Of a DNA stretch of 64,000 nucleotides, positions 41,540 through 54,707 are shown piece by piece. A program made the position numbers and the translations under genes. The stretch's first letter is position 1. The number at the start of each line of letters is the position of its first letter. Source of the stretch: the human T2T-CHM13v2.0 reference genome, Homo sapiens; NCBI RefSeq assembly GCF_009914755.1, contig NC_060932.1. One strand, 5' to 3'. Below the pieces are notes generated by a model. The model was given only the letters and a program-made list of their open reading frames with translations, did no database searches and was not told the DNA's origin.

Positions 41540-41950
41540 CCATCTAGCTATCTATACACATCTACACATACATGTCTATCTCTACCCATATATATCCATA
41601 TGTATGTATCGATATCTTTCCATACATATGAACACATATATATCCACAGCTATCCACACACGTTTGAATATATGTTGTATCACTACCTCAGTGGTAAAGG
41701 AAGGAAGGAAGGAAGATGGCATCATTGCTGCTGTTGTAATCTAGATGTGCGTAAGGCATCTAGCTATATCAATCTCTATCTAGCTATCTATGCATAGATA
41801 TGTAAGCATACCTATATCTATCCATACATATCTATACATATGTATCTCTATCTATCCATACATATTTACATATCAGAACATACATATATACATCTATCTA
41901 TACATATCTACACATACATATGTATCTACATGTATCCATATATACATATT
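41540..41950 (+). repeat. TA/CA-rich low-complexity tracts
   Basis: Degenerate (TATC/TACA)n. Confidence 0.85.
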
Positions 41951-42318
41951 AAAAGAAAACTGTTTTTCTACTCAACAACACTTCTAACACTCAATGTGTG
42001 GGTTTTTTCCACAGCAAGCAATTCTCCAATTCTCGTGGATATCAACTGAGTGTCCTAAAATTAATTTAATTTTGACACCATCTGGAGTCACTTCATTAGC
42101 ATAATGTGGCATCAGATTCCACTAATTAAGGGCTCAGACCCACAAGACTGCCACTTTAAACACCAACTGCAAGTCCTGGGCCTCCCAAACTTCCAGATGC
42201 CCATAAATTAGGGGTTTCCACCATCCCTTTCTCAGGATTGGTAATTTGCTAGAATGGCTCACAGAACTCAAGAAAACAGTTTACTTTCTACCACTGGCTT
42301 ATTAGAAAGGACACTACT

Positions 42319-42621
42319 GACTGGGCATGGTAGCTCAAGCCTGTAATTCCAGCACTTTTGGAGGCTGAGGAGAGAGGATCACCTGAGGTCACGAGTCCAA
42401 GACCAGCCTGGCCAACATGGTGAAACCCTGTCTCTACTAAAAATACAAAAATTAGCTGGATGTGGTGGCACATGCCTGTAATCTCAGCTACTTGGGAGGC
42501 TGAGGCAGGAGAACCATTTTAATCCAGGAGGCAGCAGAGGATGCAGTGAGCCAAGACCATGCCACTGCACTCCAACCTGGGTGACAGAGTAAGACTCCGT
42601 CTCAAAAAAAAAAAAAAAAAA
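42319..42621 (+). mobile_element. AluS element
   Basis: Full dimer with poly(A). Confidence 0.95.
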
Positions 42622-42722
42622 GAAATAATGCTACTGAGGAACAGCCAGATGGAAGGCATGTGTAGTTCAAAGCATGGGGGAGGGGCCCAGAGCTTCCATG
42701 CCCTCTCTGGCCACCCTCCCAG

Positions 42723-43163
42723 TGTAACAGGACAAGCTGCAGACAAAATCCCTCAGACACCAAGTTAAAGAAGCAAAGGCTTTATTCAGCCGGGAGCTTC
42801 CGCAAGACTCACGTCTCCAAAAAACGAGCTTCTCGAGTGAGCAATTCCTGTCCCTTTTAAGGGCTTACAAGAGTGAGAGGGTCGTGATCAATTGAGCAAG
42901 CAGGGGGTACGTGACTAGGGGCTGCATGCACCAGTAATCAGAATGGAACAGAACAGAACAGGGATTTTCACAATGCTTTTCCATACAATGTCTGGAATCT
43001 GTAGATAACAACCAGTTAGGTCAGGGGTCGATCTTTAACCAGGCCTCGGGCGCCGCACCAGGCTGTCTGCCTGTGGATTTCATTCCTGCCTTTTAGTTTT
43101 TACTTCTTTCTTTGGAGGCAGAAATTGGGCATAAGACAATATGAGGGTTGGTCTCCTCCCTTA
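42723..43163 (-). mobile_element. Solo LTR2B-like LTR (HERV-E/Harlequin group), 441 bp
   Basis: Minus strand starts TAAGGGAGGAGACCAACCCTCATATTGTCTTATGCCCAATTTCTGCCTCC. 4-bp TSD CCAG (42719-42722, 43164-43167). Confidence 0.88.
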
Positions 43164-44560
43164 CCAGCACTTCAATGTGTTCACCAAACTGGAAACTCTC
43201 CAATCTCTGTTGCTTATGGTTCTTATGGAGGCTCCATTACAAAGGCATGAATGATAAGATCATTGGCCACTGGCGATGGAACTCAATCTTCAGTTCCTCA
43301 GGAGGTCAGGACTGGGGCCACATGGTTGATTCCTCTGGCAGCTGGCCCCATCCTGAAGCTGCCTAGGGCCTACCAAGAGTCATCTCATTAGCACAAACTT
43401 AGGAAGAATTAAAAAGGGCTTGTTCTGAATAACAGAAGGTGTTCTTCTCACCCCTACCACTCAGAAAATTCCACGAGTTTTAGGAACTCTGTGCCAGGAA
43501 TTGGGAATAAAGACCAAATATATATATTTCTTGTTCTATCACAGTATCTTTATCTATCATCATCTCCCACCTGCTTATCCTGCCTCCATGTATCCCCCTT
43601 CTAGGCATACCTTCATTTTTGTGGGGATAAGGGAAGACTGCCTCATGGCTACCCAGAGGTGTATGGGGGTAGATGCTTCTCTGCCCTCTGTTCACCTCTG
43701 CCTTGAGCATCTGGTCCCATACAGAGTGGCTTGGACAGCGGTAAGAATCTTGTCCTTCCTGTCTGCTCCTGCCCCTGTGGCCTCTGGCAAGAGGCCTTAC
43801 CTTCCCTTATATATGTGTTCTGAATGCCCTACAATCCCATTGTTTTTATAAGTAAGTAGATTTTACTAGAGTTTCAGAAATAGCTATAAAAAATTGCAAT
43901 GTAGAATTAAAATTTTAAACTGGATGCTTAATAGGACTGATCACAGAGTTCAAGGGAAAAACAAAGAAAAATTAAATCCTTCACATGAGCTCTTCCTTGC
44001 ATACACCTTGTAGTTAGCCTTCTTTTCCTTGTATAGGATATTTTCCCCTCTCTGCCTCTCAGAGAGCTACCCCTTCAAACTTCTCTACAACCTCCAAATC
44101 TCCTTTTCCTCTAGAATTTGTTTGTTCACCCACCAAGGAAATTCCTGGAATGCAAGCATCACTGATGTCTAAATTATCGAGTAAAGCAACATCTTTGGAG
44201 ATTGATAGGAAGGTGAATAACTGGATTGCAGTTTCACAGTTCACGGTAGATTTGGAAACTTTTTTTCTAAAAGTATCTTTGCATTTTATTTTAAACGGCA
44301 ATAAATGCACTCCATTTTTGCTCTTGTCTCCTGTGCGTGACAGAAGACACGCTCTGCCACCCTCATCTTTTCCTTAAAAGTCGCCCCCAACTCCTGCCCC
44401 AGATCTATCTACACACAAGTTAGGCTTCATTACACCAAAGAAAGCATGGCATTAAAAAAACAAAAACTAAAACAAAAACAAAAAAACCCTATTGGCTATC
44501 TCTTCTGTTCCAAAACACTGGACAAAGTTTCACATGATCTTTTTGAAATATTGTGATGAT

Positions 44561-44860
44561 GGCTGGGCGCAGTGGCTCACATCTGTAATCCCAGCATTTT
44601 GGGAGGCTGAGGCAGGCAGATCACCTGAGGTCAGGAGTTCAAGACCAGCCTGGGCAACATGACAAAACCCTGTCTCTACTAAAAATACAAAAAAAATAGC
44701 CAGGTGTGGTGGCACACACCTGTAATCCCAGCTACTCGGGAGGCTGAGGCAGGAGAATTGCTTGAAACCCGGCGGCAGAGGTTGCCGTGAACCGAGATTC
44801 ACACCACTGCACTCCAGCCTGGGCCACAGAGCAAGACGTCAGCTCCAAAAAAAAGAAAAG
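44561..44860 (+). mobile_element. AluSx-like element
   Basis: Full dimer with A tail. Confidence 0.95.
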
Positions 44861-45159
44861 GAATATTATGACTACATCCTTTTGTAGTACACTAAATTTG
44901 GTTAAGCTTAAATAACTTTTTCAAATATTATGCAGTACAAGCAGAATATATCAAGCTTGCTTGGCTATATAGCAAGAAAAACTGACTTGTAATAATCAAC
45001 CCTGAGACATATCTCAGCAATATGATCAAACATTCAAAGCTAACATTCAACCAAGACAACACTGGATCCATCTTTCTGAAAAAGTAAGGCAAGACAATGC
45101 AAACCAATGATCTTATATTCAGCCAAGCTCTTCTTCAACTGTTGTGGCTACAGAAAAGT

Positions 45160-48100
45160 TTTGTTTTGTTTTGAACTTTTATTTTAGGTTCAGGGGCACA
45201 TGTGAAGGTGTGTTATGTAGGTAAACTCCCATCACAGCGTTTGTTGTACAGATTATTTCATCACCCTGGTGTTAAGCCTAGTACCCATTAGGTATTTTTT
45301 CTGTTCCTCTCCCTCCTGCCCCTCGACCCTCAAGTGGGCCCCAGTGTCTGTTGTTCCCTTCTTTGTGTCGAGTTCTCATTTAGCTTTCACTTATAAATGA
45401 CAGCATGTGGTATTTGGTTTTCTGTTGCTGCATTACTTTGCTAAGGATAATAGCCTCCAGCTCCTTCCATGTTCCTGAAAAAGACATGATTTCATTCTTC
45501 TTTATGGCTGCATAATATTCCATGGTGTATATGTATCATATTTTCTTTATCCAGTCTGTTATCGGTGGGCATTTAGGTTGATTCCATGTATTTGCTATTG
45601 TGAATGGTGCTGCAATGAATATTCGCATGCATGTGTCTTTATGATAAAATGATTTATACTCTTCTGGGTATATACCCAGTAATGGGATTGCTGGGTGGAG
45701 TGGTAGTTCTGTTTTTAGCTCTTTGAGGAATCACCATACTGCTTTCCACAATGGCTGAACTAATTTACACTCTCACCCACAATCTATAACTGTTCCCTTT
45801 TCTCTGCAACCTCACCAGCATCTATTTTTTGACTTTTTAGTAATAGCCATTCTGACTGGTGTGAGACGGTATGTCATCGTGGTTTTGATTTCCATTTCTC
45901 TAATGATCAGTGATATTGAGCTTTTTTTCATATAATTGATGGCTGCATGTATGTCTTGTTTTGAAAAGTATCTTCATGTCCTTTGCTCACTTTTTAATGC
46001 AACATCTTTGTTCATAATATTTTATGAACAAAATATTCATAAAATATGAATATAATTATATTATGGATATAATTATATTATGAATATTATAAATATTCAT
46101 TTATTTGTTGTTTGCTTTTCTCTTGTTTAAGTACTTTATAGATACTGGATATTAGACCTTTGTCAGCTGCATAGTTTGCAAATGTTTTCTCCCACTCTTT
46201 AGGTTGTCTGTTTATTCTGATGATAGTTTCTTTTGGTGTGCAGCAGCTCTTTAGTTTAATTAGATCCCATTTGTCAATTTTTGCTTTTGTTATTATTGTT
46301 TTTGGTGTCTTTGTCATGAAATCTTTGCTCGTTCTTATGTCCAGAATGGTATTGCCTAGGATGTCTTCCAAGGTTCCTATATTTTGGGTTTTACATTTAA
46401 GTCTTTAATCCACCTTGAGTTGATTTTTTTATATGGTGTAAGGAAGGAGTCCAGCTTCAATCTTCTGCATGTGGCTAGCTAGTTAACCAGGCACCATTTA
46501 TTGAATAGGAAGTCTTTTCCCCATTGCTTGTTTTTGTCAGCTTTGTCAAAGATCAGATGGTCATAGGTGTGCAGTCTTATTTCTGGGCTCTCTATTCTAT
46601 TCCATTGGTCTACGTGCCTGTTTTTGTATCAGTACTATGCTGTCTTGGTTACTGTAGCCCTGGAGTATGGTTTAGAGTCAGGTAACATGATGCTTCCAGT
46701 TTTATTCTTTTTGCTTAGGATTGCCTTGGCTATTCAGGCTCTTTTTTGGTTCCATATTAATTTTAAAATAGTGTTTTTCTAGTTCTGTGAAGAATGTCAT
46801 TGGTAGTTTGATAGGAATAGCATTGAATCTGGAAATTGCTTTGGGCAGTATGACCATTTTAATAATATTGATTATCTTATCCATGAGCATGGAATGTTTT
46901 TCCATTTGTTTGTGTCATCTCTGATTTCTTTCAGCAGTTATATGTAATTCTCATCGTAGAGATCTTTCACACCCCTGGTTATCTGTATTCCTAGGTATTT
47001 TATTCTTTTTGTGGCTATCATAAATGGGATTGCCCTCCTGATTTGGCTGTTGGCTTGGCTTTGTTGGAGTACAGAAATGTTAGTTACTTTTGCACATTGA
47101 TTTTGTATCCTGCAACTTTGCTAAAGTTGTTTATCAGCTGAAGGAGCTTTTGGGCCAAGACTATGGGGTTTTTCTTGATATAGAATCATGTTATCTGCAG
47201 ATAGGGATAGTTTGACTTCCTCTCTTCCTATTTGGATTCCCTTTCTTTCTTTCTCATGCATGATTTCCCTGGTTAGAATTTCCAATACTATGTTGAATAG
47301 GGGTAGTGAGAGAGGGCATCTTTGTCTTGTGCTGGTGCTGGTTTTTGTGGGGAATGCTTCCAGCTTTTGCCCATTCAGTAAGATGTTGGCTGTGAGTTTG
47401 TTATAGATGGCTCTTATTGCTCGTCATAGTATGTGCCTTCAGTATCTAGTTTAGTGAGAGTCTTTAACATGAAGGGATGTTGAATTTTATCAAAAGTCTT
47501 TTATGCATCTATCCAGATAATCATGTGTTTTTTGTCTTTAGTTCTGTTTATATGATGAATCACATTATTGATTTGCGTATGTTTAACAAACCTTACATCC
47601 CAGGAATGATGCCTACTTAATTGTGGTGGATTAGCTTTTTGATATGCTGCTAGATTCTGTTTGCAAGAATTTTGTTGAAGATTTTTGCATTAATGTTCAT
47701 CAAGGATATTGGCCTGAAGTTTCTTTTTTTTTTTTTTTTTTCGTATCTCTCCCAGGTTTTGGTATCAGGATCATGCTGACCTCATAGAATGAGTTGGGGC
47801 GGAATCCCTCCTCCTCAATTTTTTGGAATAATTTCAGTAGGAATGGTACCAGCTCTTCTTTGTACATCTGGTAGAATTTGGCTATGAATCCATCTGGTTC
47901 AGGGCTTTTTTTTGATTTGTAGGCTATTTATTAGTGATTCATTTCAGAGGTTGTTATTGGTCTGTTCATGGAATTAATTTCTTCCTGATTCAGTCAGTCT
48001 TGGGAGCATGTATGTGTCCAGGAATTTACTCATCTCTTCTAGGTTTTCTAGTTTGCATAGAGGTGTTTGTAGTAGTTTCCAATGGTTATTTTTTATTTCT

Positions 48101-48348
48101 GTGGGGTCAGTGGTAACCCTCATCATTTCTAATTGTTTATTTGGATTTTCTGTCTTTTATTTTGTATTAGTCTAGCTGATTACCTATCTTATTAATTTTT
48201 TAAAAAAACCAACTCCTGGATTTGTTGATCTTTTGAATTTTTTTCATCTTGATTTTCCTCCAGTTCAGCTCTGACTCCCGTTATTTCTTGTCTTCTGCTA
48301 AATTTGGGGTTGATTTGTTCTTGCTTCTCTAATCGTCCTGTTGTGATG
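45160..48348 (-). mobile_element. Old L1PA/L1PB, 3.2 kb of ORF2 and 3'UTR
   Basis: Antisense ORF2 fragments (46087..46371 [12 protein letters not shown]; 46702..46905 [26 protein letters not shown]) and (TTTTG)n tail at the left end. Confidence 0.93.
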
Positions 48349-49837
48349 TGTAGAAGACATAATGGCATAATCTACATGGCAACTCATAAATAGATGTGGA
48401 ACTTCACATCTTGATGATAGCCAAGACATCATATTCCCAAGTGCATAGAGAAAATTCTTCTAAAACTTGATTGTATATTTGGTTACAGATAAAACATTAG
48501 TAAGTTTGGTAAAGTAGAAATATTACAAGCATGCTCTTTGATCACAATGCCATAAAATTCAAAATCATTAACAAAGTCACAGGCCCTCCTACACAGAAAG
48601 TTTAATTCTTAGAGAAAAGGGGAAATAAAGACTCAAATAAAAGAATTCCTAAAACAAATTTAATGAAAACATGTACATCAGAATCTCTGATACATGAAAA
48701 GCAGTGATCAGAGAATTTATAATAAACATTCCAATTTTAAAAATTGAAAAAATGAAGAAAAACTTGAGAAAAATTCTCAAGAGACAACAACAATGAAACA
48801 GAAACAGAAAGAAAGCATAAGAAAAATAATAAAGATAAACGCAGAAATTAATGGGTTAGAAAAGAAAAAATAATATACCTAATTAGTAAGTCAAAATAAG
48901 TATAGTATTTTCTTTTTAATAAATAAACACTAGTTATCTTAATTTAGAAAAAGGGAGGAAGCACACATATACAAAAATGAGAAATTACAAAATTACAAAA
49001 TAATTTCAGAAACATAGATGAAATAATTTCACTGAGAAACAAAGTTTAGCAAAATTAAACCAAGTAGAGGTAGATAAATCAATTTACTGAAAGACAAAGA
49101 GAAGGGTTTCAAGGAACTATACTGTAAAAGAAGCACTGACCCCAGGGTGTTCCACAGGGGAATTCTACCAACCTTCAAAACCGTATTGTCCCAGTGCTCT
49201 ATAAACTGTTCCAGAGCATTGACAATGAAGGAGAAATTTTCAGTGTTTTCATGAATCAAGTAGAACATTAAGAATTAAACAGATTAAGACATCACATACA
49301 TAACAACAAAAATTCAGACAAATATAATTTATAAATATCAATACAAAAATATTAAAAAAAGTATTGGCAAACAGAATACAACTTCTTGGGAAAATAACAA
49401 TAACCAATTGGTATCTACCCCAAAATGCAAGGTAGAGCAATGTTAGGACATCCATTAACATAATACAGCTTACTAGAAGACCTAAAGAGAAAAATTACGA
49501 TTATTTCCATAGGTGCTGAAAAAGACTTTAACAAAATTTGATACTAACACAGATGAAAATATTCAAGAGAACAGGAAATGTTAAAGTTATTTACACTTAG
49601 ATCAGGAAAGAGGCAAGAACGTTCATACTAAATTCAGCATTCTACTGAACGTGCTGGTCATTGCATTAAATTAAACAAGAGACAGCAAGGAAAAGCACCA
49701 GAATTGGCAAACTACAACTTGTAGAAGATATGAGGGTCTATCTGGAAAAGTCTGGAGAATCATAAACCAACTCAAACAATAAGAGAATTCAGGAAGTGGA
49801 AGAATATAAACTTTATAACATACAGAAATTAATGGCC

Positions 49838-50012
49838 TTTAGCTGAGTGTGATGGTGCACGCTGGTAGTCCCAGCTACTTCAGAGGCTGAGGCAGGAGGA
49901 TCTCTTCACCCCAGGAATTCAAGGCAGCAGTTAGCTATGATCACGCAACTGCCCCAGCCTGGGCAACAGAGTGAGACTCCATCTCTTAAAACAAACAAAC
50001 AAACAAACAAAA
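49838..50012 (+). mobile_element. Alu right monomer (FRAM/AluJ)
   Basis: TTAGCTGAGTGTGATGGTGCACGCTGGTAGTCCCAGCTACT...(AAAC)n. Confidence 0.88.
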
Positions 50013-50635
50013 CCAGAAAATCAGAAATTAACGTTAATGACCTTCATATATTAAGCTAATAACAAGTAGCAGAAAAGTGCTTTTACAAACACAATTAAAA
50101 AGATAAAAATACTTAGGAATAAACTTAAATTAAATATACAAAACCTATACAACGGAAAAATTAAAAATTTTCTGAAAGACCAACAAGTAGTTGTGAACAA
50201 ATAAAAATGCATTTCTTATTCTTACATAAAATGACCCAACATCATAAAGTATCATTTCTCCCTAAATTAATTTGTAAATTTGATACAATCCTCAAAAAAT
50301 ACCAAAAAGCTTCTTTACCAAGGTAGACATGCTGATACTAAAATTCATATACAATCAAAAATGCAAGAATAACCAGAAAAACATTGAAAAGAAAAAAACT
50401 ATGAGAGAAGGCTAGCTCTTTGAGAAATTAAAACATAATTCAAAGCATCTATAATTAAGTAGTGTGCTATTGGTTTATTGTGTAATAGACAGTAAATTAG
50501 AATTAAAAGTCCAGAAACAGAACCACATACATATGGAATACTATAAATAAAGGTGACATTTCAAATCACTGTTGCAAAGATGTACTTTTTAATAAAAGGT
50601 ACTGAGAAAACTGGGTAGTCATTAGGGAAAAGGTA

Positions 50636-51073
<438 letters not shown>

Positions 51074-51905
51074 GAAGCTACGCAAGTACTAGAAGTAACA
51101 GTAAAGATTTTGTAATCCTGATTAGGGAAAGATTTTCTAACCATGCCTCAAAATCTAACTGTAATAAAAGATAAACTTGATTACCTAAAAAAAAAAAATT
51201 TAAGATCTTTTAAGTTACAAAAAAAAAATCATAAAAGTCAAAGATAACTTAGAAATCAGGAGAAAATAATTATAACATTTATCATAAATACAAGGATAAC
51301 ATCCCTAATACATAATAAATTCAAACTGCAGGGGGGAAAAGGTGAAAAACCTCATCAGAAACGGGCAAAATATATGACAATTTATTCATTAAAATATTTA
51401 TAATTTAGACCCTAAAAATATGAAAAGGTGCTCAAACTTACACCTTATTAGCAAAATGCAAATTAAAACTACCCTGAGACATCATTTCTCACCAGAGAAT
51501 CTGGCAAAAATTAAAAAGTATGACAACACATTCAGTTGGGGAGATGGGAAAACAGGACTCTCATAGCTTACTGGTGAGAACAGATAGACACAATTCTTTT
51601 AGAGAAGAATCTGGCAATATCTAGTGAAACTACGTAAGTACTTACTTTTTGACTTAAAGAACTCACCCTAAAGTTACATCCCCAACAATAAGAAAATACA
51701 TATGAATAAGATTGTTACTTGCGGCTATGTTGGTAATTACAAAATATTGAAAATAATCTAATGCCCACACCTAGGAGAGCAGTTGAATAAACTATGATAC
51801 ATCCACACATAGTCTACTGTGCAGTGTATAAAAAGATGGGGAAGATCTTTCTGAACTAGAGAGAGGAAAGCTGAAAGCCAGGTACAAAAGGGCATGTATA
51901 TCGTG

Positions 51906-52064
51906 CTTTCTTTTTCAGAGACAGGATCTTGCTCTGTTGACCAGGCTGGAGTGCAGTGGTACAATCAAAGCTCCCTGCAGCCTTGAATTCTTGGGCTCAA
52001 GCAATCCTCCCACTTCAGCCTCTTGAGTAGCTGGGAATACAGGCGCATGCCACCACACTCAGCT
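51906..52064 (-). mobile_element. AluJ/FRAM partial
   Basis: GAGACAGGATCTTGCTCTGTTGACCAGGCTGGAGTGCAGTGG...CTTGGGCTCAAGCAATCCTCCC. Confidence 0.88.
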
Positions 52065-52875
52065 GTTTTGCTGCTTTTTGTATAAGAAAGAGTATGAATC
52101 TGTTCATTTCTATTAATAGAAACAGAAAGAATAAAACATAAATAAATGAAATATGTTACCTATAGGTGGTGGTGGAAAATGAGGTATAAAAAATGAAGAG
52201 GTGAAAATGGGTTTGAAGGGAAGGGAAGAGACTTATGCTTCTCTGAATGTGCTTTTGTGTACAGTTTTGATTCTTAGAACCATCTTATATCTAGATGTCT
52301 AAATGCTAAGGTTGTAAAAGACAAATAATTCCTGAAGAATTTTTCCAGATCATAAGAGATTAAAGACACAAAACTCCTACATTCAATGTGTAAGCCTCTT
52401 CCTTTTCTTTTGTAATGAAACTCATGTGGAACAATTGGCAAAATTTTGAATAAAGTCTGTAAATTAGACAATAGTACTGTAGGAATTTTAATCTCCTGAT
52501 TATGGTATTTATTCTGTGGGGAGGTAAGAGAATGTCGTTATTCATAGGAAATACATATTAGAGTACTCCTCCCTCTGTCTTTCACTCTTTCTTGGTCTCT
52601 TACACACACACCTGCATATAGAAAGAGAATAAATTTTAATTATCTAAAATTACTTTTATATATTTAAATAATTATATAAAATTACTTTGATATATTTATG
52701 TGTCAATTAAGATTTTTTATTGTCAAGTTAATTTTAGGGATTTTCAACTCTAGCTATACATTAATTAAAATGAAATTCTAGAATTCTTAATAAAAACTAC
52801 AAAACAGTCAAAATATGTTGGTGGGTATCAGGCTAAAAGCTGACAGCCTAGAAAATTTGTGCCTGGATTCCATCA

Positions 52876-53221
<346 letters not shown>

Positions 53222-54004
53222 TCAATCAAAGTAAGAAGAAAATAATAAAGGCTGGTGAAGAAAGCTTGGCTGTGCCCAGTCTCTTATGTCTTCTCTTCTA
53301 CCATAAATCACACCAGTAGTAACAACTCAATCTCAAGCATTGGAAAAGCCAAAACAAGGGAGAGGTAGGGGACTTCCAAGGTCTCATTTGGCCACTCAAA
53401 GCTCCTATGACAGCTTCATGTTCTGCCTACCCATTGTCAAAGCACACCAGCTCAGCATCCTTAAGCATCATAAATTCTTTAAGCAACGCGATCTCAATGT
53501 GGTTAGAGACCGCCTCTAATTTCATGTCATGATGTGGCTCTTTGTGTAGACTGTGGATTTGAAATGGTAAATATAACCAAAATGCTTTGCTGTGTGAGCC
53601 TAGCCTTAAACTGCTGTGATGATCCCTGCAACAGCTGCCATTCCATAGACACTTTTTCTTTTCTCACCTTCAGGATTACACTGGGCTCCCGTGGAAAAAA
53701 TGCAAACCTCTGCTGAATAGCTTACTGCAAAGTCAAACTTTGAACTGATTTCATGTTTTAATAAGTGTGTCAAAGGGAATTATGTTTTATTAAAGTGGCT
53801 TTCATGATAACCACTGTAGATACCAATAATAGATCCTGATGAAACTTTCCCCATAAGTCTTTCTAGGTATTTAGACATGGCCGACAGCAAAACTTCCCCT
53901 ATGGGAGAGAGACTTTGTAAAGTTCTCCTGCGGAAGATGAACAATTCCCTGTCTCTCGTCAACTGTCAGACTCACGAGACGAGGTTTTCTCAAGATATTA
54001 ATTT

Positions 54005-54377
<373 letters not shown>

Positions 54378-54399
54378 TAATTGGAAAACCTTAAATGTC

Positions 54400-54707
54400 T
54401 TTTTCCTTTTTTTTTTTTTTTTTTTTTTGAGACAGAGTCTTGCTCTGTCGCCCAGGCTGGAATGCAGTGGTGCGATCTGGCTCACTGCAAGCTCCACCTC
54501 ACGGGTTCATGCCATTCTCCTGCCTCAGCCTCCCGAGTAGCTGGGACTACAGGCACCCGCCACCATGCCTGGCTAATTTTTTGTATGTTTAGTAGAGACG
54601 GGGTTTCACTGTGTTAGCCAGGATGGCCTCGATCTCTGACCTCGTGATCCACCCACCTCAGCCTCCCAAAGTGCTGGCATTACAGGCGTGAGTCACCGCA
54701 CCCAGCC
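54400..54707 (-). mobile_element. AluY-like element
   Basis: GCAAGCTCC and GTTAGCCAGGATGG diagnostics. Flanking repeat AAATGTCTTT. Confidence 0.95.

Larger units (their letters stand above)
41961..43542 (-). mobile_element. MER21-family LTR hosting an Alu and an LTR2B
   Basis: AGGGCTCAGACCCACAAGACTGCC; GCTAGAATGGCTCACAGAACTCA; TTAGGAACTCTGTGCCAGGAA...ATATATTTCTTGTTCTATCACA. Confidence 0.8.

Noticed and set aside
41450-42049. Cys/His/Tyr-rich ORFs (CHCCCC, HHCCCC)
   Set aside because: They come from TGC repeats and TA/CA low-complexity sequence.
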